From an uncultured Gammaproteobacteria bacterium (GTDB lineage Bacteria > Pseudomonadota > Gammaproteobacteria > GCA-002705445 > GCA-002716945): DNA of 32,000 nt. Of this stretch, positions 10,768 to 19,541 are shown piece by piece. Location: the NCBI GenBank assembly GCA_913041865.1, contig CAJWIW010000001.1, positions 4,862 to 36,861 of the forward strand, written 5' to 3'. The notes beneath the pieces were generated by a model, which searched no databases, had not been told where the DNA came from, and worked only from the letters and a program-made list of their open reading frames with translations. The translations under genes and the position numbers were made by a program. Each line of letters opens with the position of its first letter. The stretch's first letter is position 1.

Positions 10768-11223
10768 ATGCGCAACAATTTGACGATATTATTTTCTCTG
10801 ATTTTTTTGGCCTCATGTTCCACGCCTAAAGCAATAGATATAATGCAATTTGGAGATGAACAAATGTCTTGTAATGAGCTTAAGCTTGCTTATGAATCAG
10901 CGGACTTGAGTGAAGATGAGGCTCATTCAAATAAGGGGGTCACGGATGAAAATATCCTATCAGCTTTATTTTTCTTTCCAGCGTATTTCGTTACCTATGG
11001 AACATCGATACACGCAGAATACAATGCTTCACAGAGAAAGGATCACCTACTGAAATTATATATTCAAAAAGATTGTGCTAAAGAGAGAGGAGAGGAATAT
11101 GAGAGGAAAATTGCAGAAAAGCTCACTGAACTAGAGGATCTTAAGAACCTTTATATAAAGGGAAACATTGATGAAGAGGAGTATCTACTGGCAAGGAAGC
11201 AAATATTAATTGAATTTGATTAA
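10768..11223 (+). CDS. Lipoprotein with C-terminal SHOCT-like domain
   Basis: Lipobox [11 protein letters not shown]-terminal [26 protein letters not shown] resembles the SHOCT short C-terminal domain. Function unknown. Confidence 0.7.
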   Translation: MRNNLTILFSLIFLASCSTPKAIDIMQFGDEQMSCNELKLAYESADLSEDEAHSNKGVTDENILSALFFFPAYFVTYGTSIHAEYNASQRKDHLLKLYIQKDCAKERGEEYERKIAEKLTELEDLKNLYIKGNIDEEEYLLARKQILIEFD

Positions 11224-11352
11224 TTTTTTCCTACTTTGACACCTTTTTGAACAATATCTTACCTGTTCCCAACATCGTTCCCATTTTTTTCTCCACTTAA
11301 ATTCTCGGTTACAAACCGGACAAATCTTTTGTGGCAATTCACTTTTTTTCAT
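11206..11352 (-). CDS. DUF2256-family small zinc-ribbon protein (48 aa; not in supplied ORF track)
   Basis: Hand translation of the - strand gives [48 protein letters not shown]. The pattern CxxC...F.WRKKW...W..V.YCS..C matches my memory of DUF2256. Its ATG lies inside the last codons of the upstream DCC gene, and its 3' end overlaps the convergent lipoprotein gene by 18 nt. Confidence 0.75.
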   Translation of the reverse strand: MKKSELPQKICPVCNREFKWRKKWERCWEQVRYCSKRCQSRKKLIKFN

Positions 11353-11695
11353 CTAACTGATGTTTGTTTTTAAGAAATAGAACATATGCGATAATTTCAT
11401 AGATAATTACGCTTATGTGATATATGGCTGGTAGAGTAATTATCTTACTTGCCCATCTATATTTTGGAATTTTGTCCCACATCACTATAAATGCTTTAAC
11501 ACCTGAATAGATATTTTCATCTTCTATAACATGCAGTCTTCTTAGAAGTTGTCGATGACTTTTCCCTGATATTTCTGTTGATAGAGATACATCATTTATA
11601 TCAATCCATTTAATTTGATCTGGCTTAAGTGATTTATAATGACTAATTTCCTTGGAACATATATTACAGCTATCGTTAAATAATACTTTTATCAT
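11339..11695 (-). CDS. Thiol-disulfide oxidoreductase DCC family protein (DUF393)
   Basis: N-terminal [12 protein letters not shown] (DxxCxxC motif that names the family); ~118 aa with a hydrophobic C-terminus. ATGA overlap with the upstream photolyase-related gene. Confidence 0.75.
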   Translation of the reverse strand: MIKVLFNDSCNICSKEISHYKSLKPDQIKWIDINDVSLSTEISGKSHRQLLRRLHVIEDENIYSGVKAFIVMWDKIPKYRWASKIITLPAIYHISVIIYEIIAYVLFLKNKHQLDEKK

Positions 11696-13176
11696 TTAGT
11701 CACCTCTGATATAAAATTATCTGCTTTTTTTATTATAGAATTTTTTTTCTGCTTATCCATTTTATCAAATAAACTCACCATCATATTAAGCCTAGGGTTA
11801 GTTTTAAAAAAAATTCTATTCTTATTAATAAATCTCCAATATAGCCCATCCATAACATCACACCACGGGCCTTTTTGGAAATTCATCATTTTAAGTATAT
11901 AATTTGAACCACATATATATGGCTTTGTGGCCATTATGCCACCATCGGCAAAAAGACCCATACTATATACATTTGGTGTCATAACCCAGTCAGAAGAATC
12001 AATATATAGTTCCATGAACCATTTATATGCATGCTTGGGATTAATTTCACACAAGTTCATTAAATTAACTTGTACCATTAATCTTTCAATATGATGTGAG
12101 TATGAATGCTTGATAGTACTTTTAATTGAGTAGTCGAGAGGATCTAGACCTGTAGTTCCCTCATACCATGCAATAGTTAATCTCCTTTTGTGGTTAAAAA
12201 AGTTACTTCTTTCCATAGTAGAGCTCTCAGCTTGATACAGACATCTCATAAATTCTCGCCAACCTATAATTTGTCTGAGAAAACCCTCATATGAATTCAT
12301 AGGAACATGATTCAGTCCCTTAATTTTTTCTAGTATGTCGTGTGGGGTTATTAGACCTAAATTAAGCGATGAGCTCAGATTAGAGTGAAACCATAAAACA
12401 GATCTACTATCAACAGCATCTTCATAATCACCAAAATTTTTAAATCTTTGATGAATGAAGTCATCTAGATTTTTTAGAGCATGGTCGCGTGTGGTTGGGT
12501 AATTAAAATCTATTGAATCTCCATAATGTTTTGTAAAATGATCATTCACAAGTTTAATTACATTCAGCGTATGCTTTGTCTTAGTAAATTGAACTAGAGG
12601 AGGAGGGGATATATTCTTCGGTATTTTCTTTCTATTTTCAGTATCAAAAGTCCATCTACCTCCCTTAGGCTTATTATTGTGTATGAGTATCCCAAGTTTT
12701 TTTCTCTGATTTATGTAAAAATCTGTCATTTTATATTTAGGTTTATTCTTTTTGGGGCACATTTGTTTAAAATCTTCTGGATTGGTCAAAAACATAGGAG
12801 TTTGTAGTACAGTTAGATCTTGTACGTATTTTTTGATTTTTTTTATATGCTTTTCAAACCATTTATCCTCAATTGAAAACATAGAAACATGACTAATTTT
12901 ATTTATCTTGATGTAATTTATTAATGAATCGACATAAGATTCTGAATCTAATGGCTTTAATTCTTCATAATGAACATCAATTTTATTTTTTTTTAATAAG
13001 TCTTTATAAGACCTCATCGCAGATAAAAAAAGAATAATTTTATGCTTATGATGTTTCTGGTATGTGCATAATTGCATGTCCTCTCTCATAAATACGCTTT
13101 CGATATTATGATTTTTTAAGTATTTGATAGGGAATAGTTGATTTCCTAAGCATATATGAAGTATTTTTTTAGACAT
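11692..13176 (-). CDS. Cryptochrome/photolyase-family protein, photolyase-related (COG3046 / FeS-BCP-like) type
   Basis: GGRWTFDTENRK, FGDYEDA, EGFLRQIIGWREFMR, HHIERLMV, DWVMTPNVYSM and ATKPYICGSNYILKM resemble prokaryotic (6-4) photolyase/CryB-PhrB-type proteins. See the finding on its missing Fe-S cysteines. Confidence 0.8.
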   Translation of the reverse strand: MSKKILHICLGNQLFPIKYLKNHNIESVFMREDMQLCTYQKHHKHKIILFLSAMRSYKDLLKKNKIDVHYEELKPLDSESYVDSLINYIKINKISHVSMFSIEDKWFEKHIKKIKKYVQDLTVLQTPMFLTNPEDFKQMCPKKNKPKYKMTDFYINQRKKLGILIHNNKPKGGRWTFDTENRKKIPKNISPPPLVQFTKTKHTLNVIKLVNDHFTKHYGDSIDFNYPTTRDHALKNLDDFIHQRFKNFGDYEDAVDSRSVLWFHSNLSSSLNLGLITPHDILEKIKGLNHVPMNSYEGFLRQIIGWREFMRCLYQAESSTMERSNFFNHKRRLTIAWYEGTTGLDPLDYSIKSTIKHSYSHHIERLMVQVNLMNLCEINPKHAYKWFMELYIDSSDWVMTPNVYSMGLFADGGIMATKPYICGSNYILKMMNFQKGPWCDVMDGLYWRFINKNRIFFKTNPRLNMMVSLFDKMDKQKKNSIIKKADNFISEVTK

Positions 13177-13178
13177 TG

Positions 13179-13934
13179 TTATTTTTTAATAATTAATCTT
13201 CCTGTATAGTCGATGCGATTGAACAAAGGGGCTTGATTTACTGACTGAAAGTACTCATCTACTGCCTTTTTCGCTCCAGCAAAGTGTCCATAATCATCTA
13301 TTATGAGGATCCCGTTATCAACAATTAATGGGTAAAGAAGCTCTAATTCTACCTTCGTAGACTCGTACCAGTCGGTGTCGAGTCTTAATAGAGCAATTTT
13401 ATGTGGTTTAGTATTCATAAGCGTATCCTCTACTTTTCCAACAATATATCTCAATTTATCAGCAGGATAACCTGTTTTCTTCATGTTATTTTTTACTTCT
13501 TCTATTGGTGAATATGCCCACATGTTATACTTATCTGTAGTTTTTTGAACTCCTGATAGTAAGTTTTTCCCCTTGATTCCTGTTTCGATCTCCACGTCAT
13601 CATCCGTTGGCTCTGTCATTCCTTCAAATGTGTCATACATCCAAATATCTCGTGACATATCATCTCTTTTGACTAATTCTTGTGCCATTATCATACATGA
13701 TCCACCTTTCCAAACACCACACTCAACAAAATCACCATTAACATTATTCTCAGTAACATATTTTACAGAATCAGCTAACGCGGCAACACGTTCTATACTA
13801 GTAGCAGTGTAGGGGCTTACATTTTCATATAAATCCACGATTTCTCTAGGTATATCAATTGGATAATCGTTCTTCTTGATTTTCTCTATTCGATAACCCA
13901 TCGCTTTTAGTATAATTTTTACAATTTTTTTCAT
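13179..13934 (-). CDS. TylF/MycF-family SAM-dependent (O-)methyltransferase
   Basis: GDFVECGVWKGGS, LRLDTDWYEST and GILIIDDY are the characteristic macrocin-O-methyltransferase-family motifs. Its stop lies 2 nt before the photolyase-related gene start. Confidence 0.8.
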   Translation of the reverse strand: MKKIVKIILKAMGYRIEKIKKNDYPIDIPREIVDLYENVSPYTATSIERVAALADSVKYVTENNVNGDFVECGVWKGGSCMIMAQELVKRDDMSRDIWMYDTFEGMTEPTDDDVEIETGIKGKNLLSGVQKTTDKYNMWAYSPIEEVKNNMKKTGYPADKLRYIVGKVEDTLMNTKPHKIALLRLDTDWYESTKVELELLYPLIVDNGILIIDDYGHFAGAKKAVDEYFQSVNQAPLFNRIDYTGRLIIKK

Positions 13935-13997
13935 ATCTCTCTATAGCTTGATTTCAGGGGATACATCTACTTTTCTATACATAACTTCGTATAATAT

Positions 13998-14025
13998 ATA
14001 TTATGTCGGATTTAGCACTGTCTAA
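13998..14025 (-). promoter_or_regulatory. Candidate sigma70-type promoter for the methyltransferase/photolyase operon
   Basis: The - strand reads TTAGAC-N16-TAATAT (14025-14020 / 14003-13998), about 60 nt upstream of the ATG at 13934. It sits in the only sizeable gap (93 nt) of the - strand block. Such matches arise easily by chance in AT-rich DNA. Confidence 0.25.
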
Positions 14026-14027
14026 CA

Positions 14028-16055
14028 TTATTGTTTCACCAAACATGTGTATATATAAGATGTTACCATTACAAAATTATGCATCAATATTGGAATCACA
14101 GGCAAAATTAGTCTAGGGAACTCGCCGTATGATGCAAATGCAATGAATAAGATATAGTAAAGTCCGAATACAGGCAAAAATAAGTGTAATACTCTGTTTG
14201 GTGCATTATTGATAAGAAATCCATAGATCATTAGGACTAAAAAGCAAACATAATACCAATAATTAATGATCATATAATAAAGCTCCTGGGATTTTGCAAA
14301 TAAGTCTTTTGATATGATTGAATTATTGTAAATTTGATAGATTCGATTGGACATCCCTGATGGAACAGGCACATAACCAGTCTGTGAAAACAAAACAATT
14401 AAACTTTGAACACTATATAGTAATGGTTTTTTTAGTGCAATTTCTGTTATGTAACGAAAATTAGAATGATAAACATATTCTTGAGTCTCTGGATGGAAGC
14501 TAGGAGCAATTTTTTGAGCCGCCACATGGTAGTAGTCATTCGATCGTATAGAGACTAGATATATCTTATTTATCTTATCAAGGACAGACAATAGACAATT
14601 TTTAGAATATAGATGTTTGTCATAAGCTGTTATAAGTTCTTTAGAGGGAGCTATATTCCACATTCTCTTATGAGAATTATTATTAAGAGTCTGAGAACAA
14701 TAACTATTAGTAGTTTTCAGATCACTAAGAACAAAAGAGTCAAAATATCGTGCATTGTCGTAATAAAAATCGTTAATTATAAGATATTTAATATCTTTTG
14801 TTATTCTATTATCATCTGAATCATTCGTCTTAAATATACCCTTTATAGTATCCGCACTAAATAATTGTATGTCAGAGTTATTTATTAAACTCTTTAAATT
14901 TTTCTTTGCTATTTCTATCTCATTATCAGTTATGAAGCTCATAAGATTGGTTTTTTGATAAATAGTTTGATAATTGGGTCTTATGAGTTTGAGAGCATCA
15001 CTATTAGCATATAGGTTTATCTCTCTCCTACTTGGTAAAATATTTTCTTGGTAAATGGAGTTAATATCAATAAGAAGTTTTTTTGCTGGTTGACTTAAGT
15101 TTGTACTTACCTCAGATATGTTTTCATTAGTTAAATACCCATATTGCATGATTTTTTGAATTAGGATCCTTTCCTTGAATAAAGATGAAAAACCATAATG
15201 TGTATTATTATAATGTGATATAGAAAGTGACGTTGCAATTACAACGATTGATGGTATGAGGATTGAAACTTTCATTCCTATGGAATCTTTTTTAAATAAA
15301 ATTAAACCTATATATAATGGGAGGAAATAAATAGTTTGTTCTCTGATAAAACATAAACAGAATAATGAAATAGTGAGCAAAGCAAGATTTTTTCTTGAAT
15401 AATTGTCATATAGAATTAATAGCAAGAGTACAGATACCGATAATATAAACATATATAGAACATCTACGCGTATCAATGTCTCTGCTGCAGTAAGTGGGAT
15501 ATAAAATAACACAAGCAATATTGTGATTAGAGATATTATACTAGATGTGTTGACTTTTTTAAAAATTAAATACCAAACACCTATTGCGAATGAACCTAAA
15601 ATAACATTAAACAAACCTAAGCTGGTGTGGAAGTTAACAAATAGTTTCGAGAAAATGCCCACAATAGTTGCATATGCTTTATATACAACAAATTCATTAC
15701 CATAGTAATGTCTTGTGAGAATCAAGTCTGCCCTATTGCCAAAATCAAAATTAAAGTCAAACATAAATGCTTTAAAAATAAAGGAAAAAATAGTAACAAT
15801 TATGGCTGTCTTGAAAGATTTGTTATTAATTGATATTGAAGATAAAATATTACTTCTCGAAAAAATATGGCTTAAAGTAAAAATGACTAAAAGTACTATA
15901 ATAAAATTAGTTAGAGTATTTAGGTTTATGTCACTATAAAATAAAGGCGCATTATAGATTTTAGGATTAGCAAAGAAATCATTTATCCGATTCATAAGAT
16001 AAAGAGAAGCTGCAACGAAAGCCATAAAATATAGGCAGATTTTCTTATTATACAT
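14028..16055 (-). CDS. Large polytopic membrane protein, GT-C-like glycosyltransferase/polymerase candidate
   Basis: 675 aa. About 9-10 hydrophobic helices in the first ~290 aa, a ~300-aa hydrophilic (probably periplasmic) region, and 3-4 C-terminal helices. This architecture resembles ArnT/PMT/GtrC-type GT-C enzymes, but no motif was confidently recognised. Confidence 0.5.
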   Translation of the reverse strand: MYNKKICLYFMAFVAASLYLMNRINDFFANPKIYNAPLFYSDINLNTLTNFIIVLLVIFTLSHIFSRSNILSSISINNKSFKTAIIVTIFSFIFKAFMFDFNFDFGNRADLILTRHYYGNEFVVYKAYATIVGIFSKLFVNFHTSLGLFNVILGSFAIGVWYLIFKKVNTSSIISLITILLVLFYIPLTAAETLIRVDVLYMFILSVSVLLLLILYDNYSRKNLALLTISLFCLCFIREQTIYFLPLYIGLILFKKDSIGMKVSILIPSIVVIATSLSISHYNNTHYGFSSLFKERILIQKIMQYGYLTNENISEVSTNLSQPAKKLLIDINSIYQENILPSRREINLYANSDALKLIRPNYQTIYQKTNLMSFITDNEIEIAKKNLKSLINNSDIQLFSADTIKGIFKTNDSDDNRITKDIKYLIINDFYYDNARYFDSFVLSDLKTTNSYCSQTLNNNSHKRMWNIAPSKELITAYDKHLYSKNCLLSVLDKINKIYLVSIRSNDYYHVAAQKIAPSFHPETQEYVYHSNFRYITEIALKKPLLYSVQSLIVLFSQTGYVPVPSGMSNRIYQIYNNSIISKDLFAKSQELYYMIINYWYYVCFLVLMIYGFLINNAPNRVLHLFLPVFGLYYILFIAFASYGEFPRLILPVIPILMHNFVMVTSYIYTCLVKQ

Positions 16056-16924
16056 TATGTATAGAATTTAATTAGATTATCAATGATCACCTCAACATCA
16101 TCAGTGAAATGATAATTATAATCATTTGAAAATTTATTTGATGACATCTGAAAGTTATATTTACTAGAATGATCCAGCTCATGAATAGTTGCTTTAGTTT
16201 TCTTTTTGACAATATTAGCAAGTGTTTCCATATTAGCGTTTATTGAACTAAGATTATATATCTGCGGTAACTTAGGTGGACTATTGAGAAGTAATTCTAT
16301 TGCATCAACGAGGTCTTCAATAAATAAAACTCCCCTATTAGCTTTCGGATTTGCTAGATAGATCTTATTTTCATTTAATGCATCTTTAACCATTTTATTC
16401 AACAAAAGCTCTTCTCTAATATGTTTCGAGCCACCATCAACAGTTCCAAATCTCAAGCTTACGAAGTCTTTATTCATTATTGACATGTAATTATCGATTG
16501 ATATTTTCGTATAATCATAAATATTTATCGGCATACCAACAGTTGTGTCCTCATCGCAAATTGCGCCAGCAATGCTTGTATAAACGCTAGCTGAACTAGC
16601 ATATATTATTTTCCCTTTAAACATATTCATAAAATTAACCAATCCTGAATAATTATTATCATAACAACCCTCAGGATCTGCTAATGATTGAGGAACACTT
16701 GAATGCCCAGCTAGCCATAGACAAATATCGAATTCATTGATTTCATTGATTTTCATCTCTCTATAGTCAATTTGATTTATATTTGGGAGTAGATCATTCT
16801 TCTTAAGGAGATTATCTATCGAATAAATATTATACTTATCCTTACAGCGTTCTAAGAATCTGCAACCAATATAACCATTTGCACCAACTAGTAAAATTTT
16901 TTGTGTTGTATATTTATTTATCAC
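16055..16924 (-). CDS. NAD-dependent nucleotide-sugar epimerase/dehydratase/reductase (extended SDR)
   Basis: ILLVGANGYIGCRF Rossmann motif and YDYTK (YxxxK). 1-nt overlaps with both neighbours. Confidence 0.8.
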   Translation of the reverse strand: MINKYTTQKILLVGANGYIGCRFLERCKDKYNIYSIDNLLKKNDLLPNINQIDYREMKINEINEFDICLWLAGHSSVPQSLADPEGCYDNNYSGLVNFMNMFKGKIIYASSASVYTSIAGAICDEDTTVGMPINIYDYTKISIDNYMSIMNKDFVSLRFGTVDGGSKHIREELLLNKMVKDALNENKIYLANPKANRGVLFIEDLVDAIELLLNSPPKLPQIYNLSSINANMETLANIVKKKTKATIHELDHSSKYNFQMSSNKFSNDYNYHFTDDVEVIIDNLIKFYT

Positions 16925-18135
16925 TATATGTATTTACCATCAGGAAATGGAATAAAAATGTCGCCGTCAAACCCAGCTTTCTTGATTCTCTTTATGAGAT
17001 CATCTTTATATGTCCAAGCTAGAATACAAGCAATATCAAAATTCTTATAATTTACTTCTTCTGGGTTCTCTATTGGTATGTTAGTACCGGGAATATTGTA
17101 ACCTTGTTTTTCAGGTGTGTCATCTATAGCGACTGCATTTTGTAGAGTTTTACAATTACAGACATTTGCAGTTATCACACCCCTAGCAGGCACTCCAACA
17201 ATTAAAACATTTTTATGAATTGCATTGGCCAAAAATCTACTTTTTATATTAAAAATTTTATGTTCAATTACCTTTGATAACTTCATATACATGGAAATAT
17301 CACTGATACCAAAGTCACGTTCTTCTTTAAGAATAACATCTATATTATCTGATACTTCCTTGTTATCATTAAGATGCTCTATCCAAATTCCTAGAGACCC
17401 ACCTTGCGTTGGTACTTTATCCACATCAACAACCATCAATTCATTCTCTTTTAGAATATTAATTAGAGATGTGAGTGTATAATTACAAAAATGCTCATGA
17501 TATATGGTATCAAAATTACCAGATAATACCGTGTCTTTCGCATATGCAACCTCTATATATGCATATCCATTGCTAGCCAGGAGATACTTTATTGCTGAAA
17601 ACATATCATTATATGTACTATTATGTGCAAATACATTCAAACCTATAATAATATCTATTTTTTCACCAACTAAATTTCGAATTTTTAATTGATTGCTAGT
17701 ATCGAAAAAAAGATTATGAATAGAAAAATTATCACTACTTTTTTTCTGATAGACATTTTTTGCTGGATCTATACCATGTGAAATAAAGTTTTTATTAATA
17801 TTTCTCAAAAATGTTCCATCATTACAACCTACTTCTAGTAAAGTCTTACGATCATTATGTTTATTGTTAATCATTTCTGCTACATTCTTAAGATGCCTCA
17901 CATTAGATGTAGATGCAGATGAAATATGGTCATACTCTAAATAAATAGAATTAAGGTCTGGCATTGATGAAAGCTGAACTAGCTTACATGATTCACACAC
18001 AGTTAATACCAAAGAGGTTCGATCATTATCTTCCTGATTACTCGAGTAATTATTCACACGAGGCATCATCCCAAAATCATAAACTTCGATTGTTTCTGTA
18101 TGATTTTTACACGAACAATATGAGGTTTTTATCAT
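16924..18135 (-). CDS. NDP-sugar C-methyltransferase-type SAM methyltransferase (TylCIII-like three-domain architecture)
   Basis: N-terminal Cys-rich putative zinc domain (CSCKN...CESCKLVQLS), SAM motif I LLEVGCNDGTF and a ~150-aa C-terminal Rossmann-like domain typical of sugar C-methyltransferases. Confidence 0.7.
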   Translation of the reverse strand: MIKTSYCSCKNHTETIEVYDFGMMPRVNNYSSNQEDNDRTSLVLTVCESCKLVQLSSMPDLNSIYLEYDHISSASTSNVRHLKNVAEMINNKHNDRKTLLEVGCNDGTFLRNINKNFISHGIDPAKNVYQKKSSDNFSIHNLFFDTSNQLKIRNLVGEKIDIIIGLNVFAHNSTYNDMFSAIKYLLASNGYAYIEVAYAKDTVLSGNFDTIYHEHFCNYTLTSLINILKENELMVVDVDKVPTQGGSLGIWIEHLNDNKEVSDNIDVILKEERDFGISDISMYMKLSKVIEHKIFNIKSRFLANAIHKNVLIVGVPARGVITANVCNCKTLQNAVAIDDTPEKQGYNIPGTNIPIENPEEVNYKNFDIACILAWTYKDDLIKRIKKAGFDGDIFIPFPDGKYI

Positions 18136-18863
18136 TTAAAAATACTTCTTCTCACTCTAAGATACTTAAACAGGATATACCAGAACAGTACAAAAAAATG
18201 TGTAATAGCATATTTTGATGCTCCCAAATATCCATGAGATGTATGTTCTGAATTATAATCACATTCTACAGGTATTTCGTCAACTTTGTAGTCATTAGCA
18301 ATAGCATAAGCAATGATTTGAAAGCTAAACAAATAATCATTAGAAAATTTGCTTTGATTTATATCTTTAAATTTTCTGCTGTAGACTCTAAATCCAGTAT
18401 GGAACTCAGAAAGATTTTTGTTTAATATTATTCTGTCAATAAAGGATAAAGCACGGTTTGCAATGTATCTCGGCAAGGGCATACCAAGCTTGAGCGCCCT
18501 TCCCTTTTCTATGAAACGAGATCCCAATATTAAATCAGTATCATTTTCAATTAATGATGACGCTTTAGATATTGCCTTTGGATCAAATTGAGCACCATCA
18601 CCATGAATTTCAAGAACATAATCAGCTCCATCATCAAATGCTACCAGTAATGCATTCTTTATGTTTGCGCCATATCCTTTATTATTTGAATTAACAACTG
18701 TGTATCCAAGACTTCTGTATTTACTAACTGAATTATCCATTGACCCATCATCAGATACTATAACTTTATCAAATGATGAATGCGGAATTCTTGAGATAGT
18801 TCTATCAATCATATGTTCACAATTATGTGATAAAATAACAGCATATATTTTTTTATTATTCAT
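18132..18863 (-). CDS. GT2 polyprenyl-phosphate sugar synthase-like glycosyltransferase (DPM1/ArnC/GtrB-like)
   Basis: YAVILSHNCEHMI...VIVSDDGSMDNS GT-A motifs, HGDGAQ, one C-terminal hydrophobic helix (HFFVLFWYILFKYL). I prefer the ATG at 18863 (MNNKKIY, 8-nt ATGAATAA overlap with the upstream stop) over the track start at 18917. Confidence 0.8.
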   Translation of the reverse strand: MNNKKIYAVILSHNCEHMIDRTISRIPHSSFDKVIVSDDGSMDNSVSKYRSLGYTVVNSNNKGYGANIKNALLVAFDDGADYVLEIHGDGAQFDPKAISKASSLIENDTDLILGSRFIEKGRALKLGMPLPRYIANRALSFIDRIILNKNLSEFHTGFRVYSRKFKDINQSKFSNDYLFSFQIIAYAIANDYKVDEIPVECDYNSEHTSHGYLGASKYAITHFFVLFWYILFKYLRVRRSIFK

Positions 18864-19521
18864 GATTGCTAAGATACTTGTAGAATAACTTTTTAAATAT
18901 AAATGGGAGTAACCCAAGTAGTGAAAGTAAAATTAATATATTTATGTCAAAAGAAATATTTGCATTCAGCATCTCATACATTTTATCCCCAGTAAGAATA
19001 ATTATAAATGTCATTGGCAACATTCCAATTTGTGTAACTAGATAGAAAATATAGGTCTTCATAGAAGTTAATCCAAAAAGAAAATTTATCATGAAATATG
19101 GAAATATAGGACTCATTCTAATAGCGTATAAATAAAATGCTCCATTTTCTCTAAAACCAGTATCAATAGATGAGTATTGTCGACTAAACTTACAAGCTAT
19201 ATAATCTCGAAAAAAGTATCGTGATATAAGAAATGCAGATGTAGCGCCAACTGAGGAGGCGAATGATACAATAATAAGAGCATCAAAAACGTCAAAAAGC
19301 ACGCCAGATAAAATACCAAGTATGAAAGCCACTGGTAATGATAACGATGTTAATAATATATAAATTAAAAAGAAAATAACCTTTGCTTCAGTTGTACTAG
19401 TATTTGCGAAGTCAATCAAAATCAAGAGATTGGTATTTATTATATTTAATAATTGCGCATCAATAATATAAAACAATAAAAGAAAAGCTATAAAAATTAT
19501 TAAATAAAATATATATTTCAA
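18856..19521 (-). CDS. TVP38/TMEM64 (DedA-superfamily, SNARE-associated) inner-membrane protein
   Basis: Polytopic. GATSAFLISRYFFRDYI and RMSPIFPYFMINFLFGLT match the SNARE_assoc/TVP38 pattern. Confidence 0.8.
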   Translation of the reverse strand: MKYIFYLIIFIAFLLLFYIIDAQLLNIINTNLLILIDFANTSTTEAKVIFFLIYILLTSLSLPVAFILGILSGVLFDVFDALIIVSFASSVGATSAFLISRYFFRDYIACKFSRQYSSIDTGFRENGAFYLYAIRMSPIFPYFMINFLFGLTSMKTYIFYLVTQIGMLPMTFIIILTGDKMYEMLNANISFDINILILLSLLGLLPFIFKKLFYKYLSNHE

Positions 19522-19541
19522 ATTAATAGTTGATATGAAAA

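Noticed and set aside
11305-11319. A small hairpin (CGGTT-ACA-AACCG) downstream of the lipoprotein gene, which could have been a bidirectional terminator.
   Set aside because: The stem is only 5 bp with no flanking U-tract. The bases encode the CPVCN zinc-ribbon motif of the DUF2256 ORF, so coding constraint explains them.
13981-14014. An exact 13-nt match to the left arm of phage P1 loxP (ATAACTTCGTATA), followed by an 8-nt AT spacer (ATATATAT), in the 93-nt gap between the membrane-protein gene and the methyltransferase gene.
   Set aside because: The expected inverted right arm (TATACGAAGTTAT) is not there. The sequence reads TATGTCGGATTTA, which matches at only about 5 of 13 positions. 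No tyrosine recombinase or other mobile-element gene is in the window. A single AT-rich 13-mer match is most simply chance, and the same bases also fit a -10-like promoter element.
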